DNA from: Meyerozyma guilliermondii
Taxonomy: Eukaryota
DNA length: 64,000 nucleotides
NCBI GenBank assembly: GCA_051546255.1
Contig: CP128822.1
Coordinates: 124,001-188,000, forward strand
Direction: 5' to 3'
Positions 32,175-43,636 of this stretch are shown here, one piece after another. Within the stretch, counting starts at the first letter, position 1; the number at the start of each line of letters is the position of its first letter. The position numbers and the translations under genes were made by a program. The notes beneath the pieces are model-generated. The model was not told the DNA's origin, did no database searches, and saw only the letters and a list, made by a program, of their open reading frames with translations.

Positions 32175-33479
32175 TTACAATTTGCTGTTTCCGGCCTGGT
32201 CAACTACCATCCGGATCAACAGGTACGCAATGGACTCAGGATTGGGCAAGTTTATGCCCTCTGGGTTGTCCATAGCTTTTCTCTCGTAAATCAATTGACG
32301 CACAAATTCCATGTCGAACCAACGGGCATCAGCGAGTTCTTTGTCGTGGCCCAAATTGATATTTTCGTTCACGCCGTTGAATTCGACTTCTGCCAAGCAT
32401 CCGATCATGAGATTGGCAGGAAACGGCCATGGTTGTGTCAACATCATATTAATTTTGCGACACACCACTCCGGTCTCTTCCCATATTTCACGGCCTGTAG
32501 CTACTTCCACAGTCTCTGCTGGTTCCATAAACCCAGCCGTGCACGAGTACATCTTTAGGTCTGCGTATCTCTTGGATAAAGAAAGAAGCATTTTAGTCTT
32601 ATCTTGGTTTGTAATAGCAGTGATAATCACCGCATCTGTGCGTGGAAAAGATACATTGGAAATTGGTGCTGCTTTGACAGGACAAGCACCCTCGCCTTCC
32701 TCTTTAGGGTTGGTACACCTGAGCTTACCTCCCGCATGGATGGGAATCACCTTGGATCCGCAACCTGGGCAAAAAAGATTTCTTGCTAACCAGTCGAGAA
32801 ATTGCTTGCCATGAGAGAATAACGCACCTTCTTTGTCTTCGAACCCAAAAAAATGTTTTCTCGAATAAGTGAAAAAGATCGAGTCTTTCTCGACCCCAAG
32901 CGAGCTGTAAGCTGTAGCAATGATCTCTTTCTCGAGTTGACTGGATTTGGTCAAATCAACAGCAAAATACGGCACCCCTTGGTACCTTCCTTGGTAGTCA
33001 AGAAACTTTTCTTTCTCGTCGTCTTCTTGCAGTTTCAACGATTTCAAGTCAAGACCAACAGTCTCGTCCTCTATACCCATGAACAATATAGTGGGAGCTT
33101 CGCCGTCTCTCATGGTAGGCTCTTGGTCGGCGTTATCTTTGGACCATTTTGTGATTGCTGAGTTCCAAAAATCGTGTTTCCGAAGAACACTATTGTCGAG
33201 CACCACGAGTTTTTTATCGCTGTTTTTCAGAACCAACGGATTGGTTTCCTTGAAAAATATAAACTTGGCCGATTCATGGAATATTGCCGATGTGATAAAG
33301 TCGCTTTCTTCACGCATAAAACTTATTCTATTTAAAGTTTCATGACCAAAGTATACACTTTTCTGCTGCTCCTCCAAGCTCTTATATACATGAGACATCT
33401 TGCTGTAAATCTGGGATCGTTTAAGTGGCTGAGAATAATACCGAAACCCTAAAGACGCCAAGTGAAGGTTGGGTTTCAT
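32175..33479 (-). CDS. NPY1: Peroxisomal NADH pyrophosphatase (Nudix, NudC family)
   Basis: FCPGCG zinc ribbon, SFPRTD, Nudix box AGFMEPAETVEVATGREIWEETGV, QPWPFP, C-terminal SKL. Confidence 0.95.
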   Translation of the reverse strand: MKPNLHLASLGFRYYSQPLKRSQIYSKMSHVYKSLEEQQKSVYFGHETLNRISFMREESDFITSAIFHESAKFIFFKETNPLVLKNSDKKLVVLDNSVLRKHDFWNSAITKWSKDNADQEPTMRDGEAPTILFMGIEDETVGLDLKSLKLQEDDEKEKFLDYQGRYQGVPYFAVDLTKSSQLEKEIIATAYSSLGVEKDSIFFTYSRKHFFGFEDKEGALFSHGKQFLDWLARNLFCPGCGSKVIPIHAGGKLRCTNPKEEGEGACPVKAAPISNVSFPRTDAVIITAITNQDKTKMLLSLSKRYADLKMYSCTAGFMEPAETVEVATGREIWEETGVVCRKINMMLTQPWPFPANLMIGCLAEVEFNGVNENINLGHDKELADARWFDMEFVRQLIYERKAMDNPEGINLPNPESIAYLLIRMVVDQAGNSKL

Positions 33480-33705
33480 ACGTGCGGTAGAATTGGCTGC
33501 GATATTTGTAATCGCCTATATACAGGATGTGATATACAGTACCGATAACTGCTGATAACAGCTGCTGTCTAGCAAGCAATCGCTGCTTCAGCTGTACTAG
33601 CTGTAGTCTGTTTTCTTTCTCTTTGTTAGTACTCAGAGCCTGACTTTCTCTTCCTGGATTTCAGAAGTCTAACGTCTGTAATCATTGGTATCATCATCAT
33701 ACTTA

Positions 33706-35427
33706 CTATCCCACTGTAATGCCTTTTTTCACCACATTTGGCAACCCTTTGATCCACGACTTTCCTGTCTTCTTATCTATAATCACAAATACTCGGCCCG
33801 ACTGTCTCATCCGTCCAGTACGGCCCACTCTATGCATGAGATCCACAGATGTGTTTGGCAAGTCCATCAAAATCACATTCTTGATGCCCACAAAGTTCAT
33901 ACCTCTAGCCATTAGATCGGTCGTGACCAAGACCTTGATTTTGCTTTGGTCTATATCGTCTTCCACCAACTCTGCTGGCTTCAAAAATGGTTCTAGTAAA
34001 CCTTTTCTCTCTTCTGGCTTAGTATCTCCAGTGATACCAACAATGTCCTCGGCCCGATTGCCGTACTTTTTCACCAAAACGTCCACGAGTGGAGCTACGT
34101 CTTTCTTTTCGTTGACGAAAACGAGTATTCTCTTCACATAACCGGCCTCTGTTCCGTCGTTATGAATAGCATAAAGCGCTTGGGCAAGACACCGGGTCTT
34201 GGACCCATTATAAGGTGAGACCTGGGCATCGATGATCTTCACCACAATCTGGCGAGGAATCTTGTGCAATGCTGGAGTGTTGATATGTATAATGGATTTT
34301 TCATCGGGAAACATTTTGGAAAGTGTGCGGTTGAACTGTTTGGGAATGGTCGCCGAGCAGAAAACAAGATCTTTGCACTTGGTAAGCCTTCGAAGCACCG
34401 CCGTAGTATCGTCAACCCACGAGTTATCCATGAGAGTATCGGCTTCGTCGACGACACAATATTGGACATGATTGAAAAAACGAAATGGTCGGTCCACATT
34501 TTGTAATTTTGCAAGTCCCTGAATCTTTCCGGGCGTGGTTACAAGAACGTCTACCCGTTGCTTGATTCCATCAAACAAAACTCGATGCGAGTCACCGGCG
34601 CCAAACTTTTTAATGTTGAGATGAAGACCATTGAGCTGATCTGGTGCCTTTAAAAACCGGGCATATTTTGCATCCGACAACAATTTGGGGTCCACCACTT
34701 CGTCCGTGGCAAATTTCTGGTCATTAGCTGACCTGAGCGTGTTATAAACCTGGTCCACAAGTTCATGAGTAGGCAAAACTACCAAAGCCCTAATTATGGG
34801 AGCCGCCTTCGCCTCGGCGTATGTAGCTTCAGATATATTAAAGAGCTCCATGTCTTCTTCCTTTAACTTTGTGAGCATAGGGGCCGTATATGCCCATGTT
34901 TTACCGGAACCAGTTTCGGCGGCAATGGTGAAAACTTTGAGTCTTTTGGCATCATTTTGAGCCATGAGTTCACTAAATATTTCTGCCCCCAGTTGCGGTG
35001 TGCGTGACTTGGTCGACTTGATGTTTCGTGGTTGATTAATCTTTCGAATTGCAGCCACCTGAACCGGTGAAGGCTTGATCTCAAGGTCATCTTTAGAAGC
35101 CATATAAGTATTCTTAAAGTTGTAACCTCGTTTGATCTCTTGCACCATGGCTGCCCTGACGGTAGGAAAAATCCTGAGTGAGCTGAATGACGAAATGGAC
35201 TCTATGGCTTTCCGAGAGGTCTCAATTGTCTTAATTTGGGGGAGATGTAAGCCAGAAAAGTTGCCAAACAGAAACACCTGGCGGGGCTGTTCCAAGGTTT
35301 TTCGAGAGGGTGCACGGATTAGCTGAGCATTTTTTGTCTTCTTGTAGGCTCGCTTGGCGTAGAACCGGACTTGCAACCTCGACGTGCACACAAAATTTTG
35401 CGTTATTGTCGTTAAAAATGAACTCAT
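33706..35427 (-). CDS. MRH4: Mitochondrial DEAD-box RNA helicase Mrh4
   Basis: [44 protein letters not shown] at 35427. Confidence 0.92.
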   Translation of the reverse strand: MSSFLTTITQNFVCTSRLQVRFYAKRAYKKTKNAQLIRAPSRKTLEQPRQVFLFGNFSGLHLPQIKTIETSRKAIESISSFSSLRIFPTVRAAMVQEIKRGYNFKNTYMASKDDLEIKPSPVQVAAIRKINQPRNIKSTKSRTPQLGAEIFSELMAQNDAKRLKVFTIAAETGSGKTWAYTAPMLTKLKEEDMELFNISEATYAEAKAAPIIRALVVLPTHELVDQVYNTLRSANDQKFATDEVVDPKLLSDAKYARFLKAPDQLNGLHLNIKKFGAGDSHRVLFDGIKQRVDVLVTTPGKIQGLAKLQNVDRPFRFFNHVQYCVVDEADTLMDNSWVDDTTAVLRRLTKCKDLVFCSATIPKQFNRTLSKMFPDEKSIIHINTPALHKIPRQIVVKIIDAQVSPYNGSKTRCLAQALYAIHNDGTEAGYVKRILVFVNEKKDVAPLVDVLVKKYGNRAEDIVGITGDTKPEERKGLLEPFLKPAELVEDDIDQSKIKVLVTTDLMARGMNFVGIKNVILMDLPNTSVDLMHRVGRTGRMRQSGRVFVIIDKKTGKSWIKGLPNVVKKGITVG

Positions 35428-35550
35428 ATCATCGTTTGAAGCTAAAGAAAAATGCGATGCGAAAATTATTGTAGACACCCGGTTCTATGTGCAGTGCCGC
35501 GAAATGCTCACTGGTCGAAAAATTTGAGACCAAGGTTTCCAAACCGCACC

Positions 35551-37035
35551 ATGTTAGGCTTTGGGACATGCTGGCTTCCAGCCTCGAATCGGGCACTTTT
35601 GGGACCATGTTCTCGACGTTCGTTCACAGTGTCGTCAGCTAGCTTCGCAAAAGCAGCTCCAAGCAAAGACGGCAAAAAAAAGGTCAAACAAGGGTTCAAG
35701 TTGAAATCAGACCCAAAAGCTAAAAAGGTTAAAAAGGGAGGTATGACCCATCTCACCTTCAGAGACGCCGTCCGAGCACTCAACTTTGAAAAACTGGCGG
35801 TAGATTTTTCCAAATTGGAAATTGGGACTCTTAATTTCGAAAAGCTCAACGACCTGAAGGATAAAGTCGTCAAGTATTCCGACGCCGCAGAATCAAGTTT
35901 GACTCAGCTTGACACCTTTAAGAAGTACCAGCACCATGAAATGTTCAGCAAGCCAGTCTCCATGGTTTCTGATAACACAATGAACCTCGAGAACACATTC
36001 ATGTCCAAATTGGAACAAGAAACAAAGACCAATAGAATGTGTCTCGTTGGAGAAAAAGGCGTAGGAAAGTCGCTGTTGGTGGCACAAGCACAGGCATTGG
36101 CGCTTTCCAAGTTCAATGGTGACGTAGTCTTATTACATCTTGACTATCCCGAGAAAGTCATCGAAGGTTCAAGCGACTACATTTTCAACAAAAGATTGGG
36201 ATTATACCAGCAACCCATGTTCACTAAAAGATGGATCAAAAAGTTGCGTGCAGCAAACGAGACCGTACTCCGTAAACTTCCATTGACACGCGACTCCTCA
36301 TTCGTCGCCAAAAAGGTGGAGTACAACTTGAAGAAGGGGGAAAACACCTTGTATGATTTCTTGGTTTACAACCATGATTTCGGCAAAGTAGGACCTTCTA
36401 CTGCCTTCCAATTCTTTGTGGAAGAATTGATGCATCATTCGGCCCAATTTCCTATTCTTGTGACCATTGATAACTTCAATGCTCTCACATACGATACATA
36501 CACGCAATACCGTCATCCCGACTTTACTCGTATTCACTTCACCGAGTTCGAGATGGGATCTTTTCTCCTTAAATTGGCTAGTGGAGATCTCAGCTTCAAA
36601 AAGGGAGGAATCTTGATGGCTGAAAGCAAAGACATTTCTTACTCCCACACTTTACCAGTTGCCTTGAATCAAGAGCAATACGATCCATACTGGAAAACCA
36701 ACCAATGTGACCGCAAAGTAGCTGAGTCTCTTTTGCTGAATGGCGGTATAACGCCGTTTGAAGTCCAGACTTTGAACAAGGACCAAACTAGAGAGTTGAT
36801 GGAGTTTTGGGAGGCTGCGGGAGTTTTGCAAGTACGAGACTACCCAAGTAAACCCGACCATCGCACATCCGAAGAAATTATCAAAGAAAGGGAAGAACGC
36901 TTGGCGTCAGAAATTGTTGATTCCGCTCCCGAAGAAGATGCCGAACAGCAGTTTGAGCGGATAGTCAACACCCATTATGTCATGAGTTCAGGCAATCCTG
37001 GACATCTTGTCAGGGCTGTGAATATAAGCTACTAA
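35551..37035 (+). CDS. RSM23: Mitochondrial small ribosomal subunit protein mS29 (DAP3)
   Basis: P-loop GEKGVGKS, YQQPM, PILVTIDNFN, YDPY, SSGNPG; ATG at 35551; CATGTAAATA Puf3 element at 37078-37087. Confidence 0.9.
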   Translation: MLGFGTCWLPASNRALLGPCSRRSFTVSSASFAKAAPSKDGKKKVKQGFKLKSDPKAKKVKKGGMTHLTFRDAVRALNFEKLAVDFSKLEIGTLNFEKLNDLKDKVVKYSDAAESSLTQLDTFKKYQHHEMFSKPVSMVSDNTMNLENTFMSKLEQETKTNRMCLVGEKGVGKSLLVAQAQALALSKFNGDVVLLHLDYPEKVIEGSSDYIFNKRLGLYQQPMFTKRWIKKLRAANETVLRKLPLTRDSSFVAKKVEYNLKKGENTLYDFLVYNHDFGKVGPSTAFQFFVEELMHHSAQFPILVTIDNFNALTYDTYTQYRHPDFTRIHFTEFEMGSFLLKLASGDLSFKKGGILMAESKDISYSHTLPVALNQEQYDPYWKTNQCDRKVAESLLLNGGITPFEVQTLNKDQTRELMEFWEAAGVLQVRDYPSKPDHRTSEEIIKEREERLASEIVDSAPEEDAEQQFERIVNTHYVMSSGNPGHLVRAVNISY

Positions 37036-37104
37036 ATTGTCTACACTATCCATGAGATATCGTGTTGACCCAAGGGCCATGTAAATAGCTAATGTACAAC
37101 TACG

Positions 37105-37650
37105 TTAGGTGAACAAGGTGTCCTCGTCTCTCAAGTACTCTCCTATGTCTCCCTGTCTGAATGCAACGATGCCTGTAGGCGCCAAGTTTTTCGTCTCGTT
37201 GGTGGACTTCGCACTGACTCCAAATCCCAAAGGTACATCGTTCATCGAGTATACGATCACTCCAGCGTGCTCCGGGATGTTTTCTGTTATTCTTCCGATA
37301 TGTGCTTTCAATACATGGTTACCATAAAGGAATGGCATTTCTCCATTTTGTTTGATCCATACTTTGAATTTGGCATATTGAGCCAAATACGTCAACGACG
37401 TTATATGTAATCTAAATTTTCCAGTCTTGGTGAACTTTCCAAAGCAAACACCCAACGACATAAGCTGGTGTCTTGATACTGAGGTTGCAAAGTTGGCAAC
37501 GGTTTGAGAAACATAGTAAACCCTGTCTTTTTGGAGTCTGAAAACATGGGGATCAGTAGGGTTGTCGACCAAAAAAGTGATGTTTCTACCGATGTAGCTC
37601 GCTAGCTTTTCGAAAACAACCTTAGTTTCCTCCTCGGTAAGTGCCCTCAT
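37105..37650 (-). CDS. NIP7: 60S ribosome biogenesis protein Nip7
   Basis: [49 protein letters not shown]. Confidence 0.98.
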   Translation of the reverse strand: MRALTEEETKVVFEKLASYIGRNITFLVDNPTDPHVFRLQKDRVYYVSQTVANFATSVSRHQLMSLGVCFGKFTKTGKFRLHITSLTYLAQYAKFKVWIKQNGEMPFLYGNHVLKAHIGRITENIPEHAGVIVYSMNDVPLGFGVSAKSTNETKNLAPTGIVAFRQGDIGEYLRDEDTLFT

Positions 37651-37690
37651 CGTGGTAGTTGGTAGGTTTACTGAGAAAGTTGGCTGGGAT

Positions 37691-37728
37691 AATTTTTCAG
37701 TCGCGGCACGACCCCGATGAGCGATGAG
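37691..37728. promoter_or_regulatory. RRPE and PAC elements in the divergent NIP7/PUS1 promoter
   Basis: AATTTTTCA (RRPE, TGAAAAATT on minus) at 37691; CGATGAG at 37715 and GCGATGAG (PAC) at 37721; both flanking genes are ribosome-biogenesis-type genes. Confidence 0.75.
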
Positions 37729-37763
37729 ATGGCCCTAGGGCCGGCGCTGCGACCGGAAGTGTT

Positions 37764-39434
37764 ATGGACCCACGACAAGAAATCACCACAGGCCACGAAA
37801 ACGCTAGCTCTGTCAGGGAAAATGAACAAGGTGATGACAGTGTGTACAAGCGTGGCCAGGCGAGCAAATGGACTCGCGGGCGCAAAGGAGACCGTCAGAA
37901 TGGCGGCGATCGTAAGCGGGCCAAACCGGGCAAAGAGCCTCGAGTTCCGAGGGAACGAGAGAGAGACTACACTACGTAGGTATGTTCAATTGCATTGAAA
38001 ATGGTCGTTACTAACAGCAGAGAGTATGTTCCTCGTTTAGACGAAAACGGCAATCCCATTCCCAAATCGGAGAGAAAACCAAAGAAAAAAGTGGCATGTA
38101 TGATTGGATACTGTGGAACCGGTTATAATGGAATGCAGATTCAAAACAACCCCGATGTGAAAACTATCGAAGGAGATTTGTTTGATGCTTTTGTGAAGGC
38201 AGGGGCCATTTCGCCCGAGAATGCTGACGATTTGAAGAAAAATGCGTTTATGAGAGCGGCTAGAACCGATAAAGGTGTTCACGCAGCAGGAAACGTTATT
38301 TCTTGTAAATTGATCATAGAAGACCAGGATATCTTGCAGAGGATCAACAGTCACTTGCCAGACCAGATTCGGGTGTGGGGCATTGAAAGAACAAACAAAT
38401 CTTTCGACTGTAGAAAAATGTGCTCGTCAAGAGTATACGAATATTTGTTGCCAACCTACAGTTTGCTTCCTCCCAAACCTAAAACTGTTCTTGCGGAGCT
38501 TGTGCGTAAGGCCAGGGAGGACCATCCTGGAGTCCTAAGAGAAGATACTGAAGGTTCCGAGTGGTGGAAAAATACTGCCCAAGCCATTCGCGACGCTGGG
38601 ATTACTCAGGAAGATTTAGATGCTGCCCAGGCGGCTCTAGAACTGTCCAGCAGTCTGTCTGGAGAAACCAAAGTAAAGACACACAACGAGAATGGCGAGA
38701 TTACTGATATGGGAAGACTTATTAAACTGATAAAGGCAATTGAAAACCAACAAAGAAGAGCCTATAATGTGTCCAATGAAAGACTCAACTTGTTCCGTGA
38801 AGCCATGAAATTGTACGAAGGTTCACACAACTTTCACAATTTCACCATTGGAAAACCATTTAAAGACGCTTCGTCCAGAAGATACATGAAGGAAACAACA
38901 GTATCAAATCCATTCATTATTGAGGGAACCGAATGGGTTTCGATCAAGATTCATGGTCAATCATTCATGCTCCACCAAATCAGAAAGATGATAGCCATGG
39001 CTGTTTTGGTGGTCCGTACCGGGTGTCCAATCACCAGAATCAAGGACTGTTTTGGACCTACCAAAATTAACATTCCCAAGGCTCCTGCTCTTGGACTTTT
39101 ACTTGAAAATCCGGTGTACGAAGGCTACAACGGAATGTTGGAAAAATTTGGATATAACCGAATTGACTTTGAAAAGTACAAGCAGGAAATGGATGCTTTC
39201 AAAATGAAGTACATTTATGACAAAATCTATGCTGAAGAAGTGAAAGAAAATACATTTTATGGCTTTTTCGGGTTCATCGATACCTTCAAAGCAGGCGGAG
39301 ATTCGAAGGAAGGAAAGCACATTTTTGACTTTTTGGGAGCGGTTTTTGAATCGGGTCTTGATGAGAACGGTAATGTTGTTGGTGGCTACGAGGAAGAGCA
39401 AGTGGAGGTAAAGGCGCAAGATAATGTAGATTAG
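37764..39434 (+). CDS. PUS1: tRNA pseudouridine synthase 1, two exons (intron about 37976-38020)
   Basis: Exon 1 DDSVYKRGQASKWTRGRK resembles the S. cerevisiae Pus1 N-terminus. Exon 2 has IGYCGTGYNGMQ, RAARTDKGVHA, GQSFMLHQIRKM. Branch TACTAAC at 38009-38015, CAG at 38018-38020. The 5' splice site is ambiguous (see findings). Confidence 0.93.
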
Positions 39435-39504
39435 GTAGCGAATTGATTCAGATTATTTAAATTTAAACATTGATTCTAGCAGTATTTATGCAATAACAAC
39501 CCCA

Positions 39505-40797
39505 TTACAACCAGAAATCACGATCCTCGTTGGATGTCTCCTTGGTATCCTTACGCCCCAAGATCCTAGGCTTGTTCTCCTCTTGAAACGATCTTTGGTA
39601 AGCAGGGCTGGCATACCCTGGCTTTTTCAGAACCATTGGAGAGAAAGCTTGTGGTTGAGTAGTAGGGTTCAGTTGTTGAGGCCGAGACAGAAAAGGTTGC
39701 GGTGTGATACCCTGCATTGGCAGACCGGTAGCAGGTATGTTCTGAGTGGGTTGTTGCGATATGATTTGCGATTGGTTGTGAACCTGTACCAGGGTTTGTG
39801 GCTGCATAGTTTGATTCGACTGGTTCTGTTGGATTTGTACTTGTTGGTATGCCTGGTCATCACGTTCTTCTTCTCCCTGATTCTTAACCATATCCCTCTG
39901 CTTCTCTTGTTGGAACTTGTAAAGGGTCCAGTCGAAAACATAATCGTAACGATAATTCTCACGCTTGAACAAGTCACGGAACAACTTTCTCAAGTAAGGG
40001 TAATCGGGCTTATCTTCGAACCGCAAAGTCTTGATGTAATTCATATAATCCAAAAATTCCTTGGGTAAACCTTTGGTCAAGATATCATTGGGAGTAGTCA
40101 TCTTCTTTTCCATGATACGATCATACTTTTGACGCTTGGTAGCAGCCTTCAATCCTTGCCATGGCAACGACCCTTTGCAAAAGTAAATCAATACATAACC
40201 CAAACTTTCGAGATCATCTCTTCTCGATTGCTCAATCCCCAAATGGGTATTCACCGATGCATATCTTGCGGTACCCGTCAAGTTCTTGTTCTCTCTATAA
40301 GGAATATGCAAATGGGTTCTAGGATCTCTATATTTCTTGGCCAAGCCAAAATCAATCACATTGACTTGGGACCCCCGTCTGCCGATTCCCATCAAAAAGT
40401 TGTCGGGTTTAATATCCCGATGGATGAAGCAACGGGCATGGATATACTCTATGCGGCAAATGAGTTGGTCTGCAAGAAGCAACACTGTTTTGTAAGTGAA
40501 TTTGCGATTACAATAGTTGAAAAGGTCTTCCAAAGAAGGTCCCAACAAGTCGATCACCATGGCGTTGTAGTCACATTCAGTACCATACCATCGTACAAAC
40601 GGGATACCCACACCCCCACTCAAAGCCTTGTAAACCTTAGCTTCGTACTCTAATTGGGGATGTTTTGCCTTTGTGTTTTCCAACTTGATGGCAACTTCTT
40701 CGCCGGAAATGATGTTTGTGCCAAGGTAAATATCACCAAATGATCCGGATCCAATCTTGCGACCGATCCGATACTTCTTTCCTACCCTGAGGTCCAT
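39505..40797 (-). CDS. HRR25: Casein kinase I Hrr25
   Basis: [42 protein letters not shown]-rich tail; ATG at 40797. Confidence 0.97.
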   Translation of the reverse strand: MDLRVGKKYRIGRKIGSGSFGDIYLGTNIISGEEVAIKLENTKAKHPQLEYEAKVYKALSGGVGIPFVRWYGTECDYNAMVIDLLGPSLEDLFNYCNRKFTYKTVLLLADQLICRIEYIHARCFIHRDIKPDNFLMGIGRRGSQVNVIDFGLAKKYRDPRTHLHIPYRENKNLTGTARYASVNTHLGIEQSRRDDLESLGYVLIYFCKGSLPWQGLKAATKRQKYDRIMEKKMTTPNDILTKGLPKEFLDYMNYIKTLRFEDKPDYPYLRKLFRDLFKRENYRYDYVFDWTLYKFQQEKQRDMVKNQGEEERDDQAYQQVQIQQNQSNQTMQPQTLVQVHNQSQIISQQPTQNIPATGLPMQGITPQPFLSRPQQLNPTTQPQAFSPMVLKKPGYASPAYQRSFQEENKPRILGRKDTKETSNEDRDFWL

Positions 40798-41313
40798 AGT
40801 GGCAGGATTAATAGTGAAAATCAAAAATTAGGGGTGTTCGTGGAATTTGTACTAGAAACCGATGACAGAAACAAAAATGACCACGGGATCAAAAAACGAC
40901 AACCGAGGATATTTGGAGGCTCAAAAGTGGTTTTGCCTAAAGATGTGGTGTTACGCAAAAAGTATACCGAACGAAAAGCCGAGATCTATTGTCAAAACCT
41001 GACAATACGTAGAGGGGGTAACGTAATGGGTTTGTATAGTCCGCGCAAAATGGTGTTGAATTCGAAACGACGCAAAAAGAAACGGTGTCTGCAGGACGGA
41101 TTGTGGGAGGAGACGGGAGCAGAATAGAGGAAGAAAAGAGAGAAAAAAAGGGAGGCAGATAGAGGGGCAGAATAGAGAGCAGAAAGAGCGTTAGGATAAC
41201 TGTCGACCTTTAGTTTTTTATTTGGTTTTTGGTTACTTTTTAGTTGCTACGTTATTTCGGCTCGGTGTATCTCAATTCATTACGTACACGAAACATTAAA
41301 TATATAAATTAAA

Positions 41314-41778
41314 TTAAGCTTTAGCGGCGGCTGGCGCGGGTCTCAACTTGTTGACGAAACGCTTGAAGAAGGGCACCTTTGGTTTGGACTCTTTAGCGGT
41401 AGCAGCAGGCTCTACGGCAGGTGCGGCGGTTTCAGATTCTGGTGCGGTTTCAGATACGGGCTCGGCCTCAGCAGCGGCCTCAGCAGCAACTGGTTCAGCG
41501 GCAACTGGTTCAGCAGCATCCACTGGCTCAGCAGCAACAACCGACTCAGAAACTGGCTCGGCAACTGGTTCGGCCTCAGAAGCGGCAACAGCCTCAGTTG
41601 GCTCAGTAGCCTCAGTAGGCTCAGCAGCCGCAGTGACACCTTCAGCTTGTTCAGTTGGTTCAACCTCAGCTTGTTCAGTAGATTTTACCTCCTCTGTAGC
41701 CTCAGGCACAGCTTCTTTGTCTTGTTTCTCGTTGATAAAAATCTTGGATGTTCTTTTCCACTTGTCTTTAATTCCCAT
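41314..41778 (-). CDS. 154-aa Ala/Glu/Pro-rich disordered protein with basic amphipathic termini
   Basis: ATG at 41778 in AAAATGG context, TATATAAG about 35 nt upstream, strongly biased codons (GCT/GAG), AEP repeats. Confidence 0.75.
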   Translation of the reverse strand: MGIKDKWKRTSKIFINEKQDKEAVPEATEEVKSTEQAEVEPTEQAEGVTAAAEPTEATEPTEAVAASEAEPVAEPVSESVVAAEPVDAAEPVAAEPVAAEAAAEAEPVSETAPESETAAPAVEPAATAKESKPKVPFFKRFVNKLRPAPAAAKA

Positions 41779-42548
41779 TTTGCTGCCAGAAACTTGGGGG
41801 TCGCCGTCCTTATATAGTGGTGTCACGCGCAGCATACACAAACAATGCACACGCCGGTGGTGCCGGTTACTGTTGCCGCCGCGCGCTCTCGTCTCTAGAT
41901 TGTTCCGAGATGAGGGAACGCATGGCAGTACAAGAAGGGTTAGAAATATTATCTGCCATATCTATATTATCACAATCATCCAATCACTATAACTATCAAT
42001 TATAATTACAATTATCAATCACAATTACAATCATAATCGATCTAAACCTGACACTGGTTTAGTTGGTCATCGCCGGCTATTCAGCCGTATGGCTGCGCAC
42101 GGCTGAGGCGCGACCGCGGCGCTGCGCCATACAAGCATCGGATTTGTATATCAAATGCACATCAAACGCATATCGGAATGTTGCAGCTAATCTACTATTG
42201 TTGTCACTCGTTGCTCCCTGACACTGTTATCTCTGGTATTCTCCCTGCATAGTTGCATGCGCTGATCTTTATCGGACGATTTGTGTTCGGGTCACGCGAA
42301 AGTATTTTAATCATGCGCACTGTGGCGGACAAAGGTCGTGTTTCGCGCACTGCGGTTGTTTGTTTGTTTGCATCGGTAGATTGAGACGAGAATCGATCAG
42401 ACAGCACTAATTTGAATAAGTCACGAGCGAGACTACCAAAAATCTTAAAGGTTTGAAGAAGATTATCAGAAACTGTCCACAAGATTATTCAAAATCATCG
42501 TAAATTGTCCACAACTGATTATTTCTTTCGTACTAAGCTTGTGTTTTC

Positions 42549-43571
42549 ATGGATGATCGCAGGCCCCTTAGGCCGTTTCTGACCAACGTTCCCATAACAA
42601 AGCGCGTGGGCAAAAGCCGAATAGTCCGTTCGAAACCGTATATAAGAACCCGAAATCTCAAGAATTCGGTTCCAAGTGCCACAGGTTCACGTCCTTCAGC
42701 TCCAAATTCAAATTCAACAAATGAATCGATCGAGTCTCTTCCAGCAAAAAACTTTAAATCTTTGTGTTTGGACGACTTTGACCTTGGAAAAGTGCTCGGA
42801 AAAGGTAAACTCGGCAAGGTTTATTGCGTAAGACACAGAGAATCAGGCTACGTTTGTGCTCTAAAAGTCATGACCAAGAAAGATTTGGTGGAGCTAAAAT
42901 TGGAACGAAACTTTCGTAGGGAAATTGAAATCCAGCTGGAGTTGGTTCATCCCCATATTTCACGGTTGTATGGGTACTTTTACGACGATAAAAATGTCTA
43001 TCTCATCTTGGAGTATGCCGTTTATGGTGAGCTCTACCATCATCTCAAGTCCAGTCGCCGATTTGGCGATACCACCGCTTCATATTACATCTACCAGGTG
43101 GCTGTGGCATTGAGTTATTTGCATTCAAAACATATTATTCATCGAGATATCAAGCCGGAAAATATCCTCTTGTCTCTCAACAACTCGCTCAAATTAAGTG
43201 ATTTTGGCTGGTCCGTCAAGCATCGTCCTTCCACACCTTCTTCACGTCGAACCACCGTTTGCGGCACCTTGGACTATCTTCCTCCAGAAATGATCGATAC
43301 CAAGGAACACGACTACCTGGTTGATATATGGGCATTGGGGATTCTTTGCTACGAGTTTTTGACGGGTAAGCCACCTTTTGAAGAGCATGATAAAAACACC
43401 ACATATAAAAGAATCTGCCAAGTTGATCTCCACATTCCTAGCTATATCAGTCCTGAAGCAGCCGACTTGATTATCCGTCTTTTACAGAAGAACCCACGCC
43501 AGCGGATCAGTCTTGCCGAAGTGATAGTGCATCCATGGATTGTAAAGAATCGGCCCCATTGGAACAACTAA
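42549..43571 (+). CDS. IPL1: Aurora kinase Ipl1
   Basis: LDDFDLGKVLGKGKLGKVY, FRREIEIQ, HRDIKPENILL, SDFGWSV, RRTTVCGTLDYLPPEM. Confidence 0.96.
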   Translation: MDDRRPLRPFLTNVPITKRVGKSRIVRSKPYIRTRNLKNSVPSATGSRPSAPNSNSTNESIESLPAKNFKSLCLDDFDLGKVLGKGKLGKVYCVRHRESGYVCALKVMTKKDLVELKLERNFRREIEIQLELVHPHISRLYGYFYDDKNVYLILEYAVYGELYHHLKSSRRFGDTTASYYIYQVAVALSYLHSKHIIHRDIKPENILLSLNNSLKLSDFGWSVKHRPSTPSSRRTTVCGTLDYLPPEMIDTKEHDYLVDIWALGILCYEFLTGKPPFEEHDKNTTYKRICQVDLHIPSYISPEAADLIIRLLQKNPRQRISLAEVIVHPWIVKNRPHWNN

Positions 43572-43636
43572 AAGAGCTCAAACCAATCATTATATAGTAC
43601 AGCTACTCTAGCATCTAATAGCATCTTCCATCTTTC

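Noticed and set aside
41348..41992. 214-aa Ser/Ala/Thr-rich ORF resembling an adhesin or antifreeze repeat
   Set aside because: Antisense of the AEP-repeat gene, TTG start, no signal peptide; the minus strand has the TATA and ATG context.
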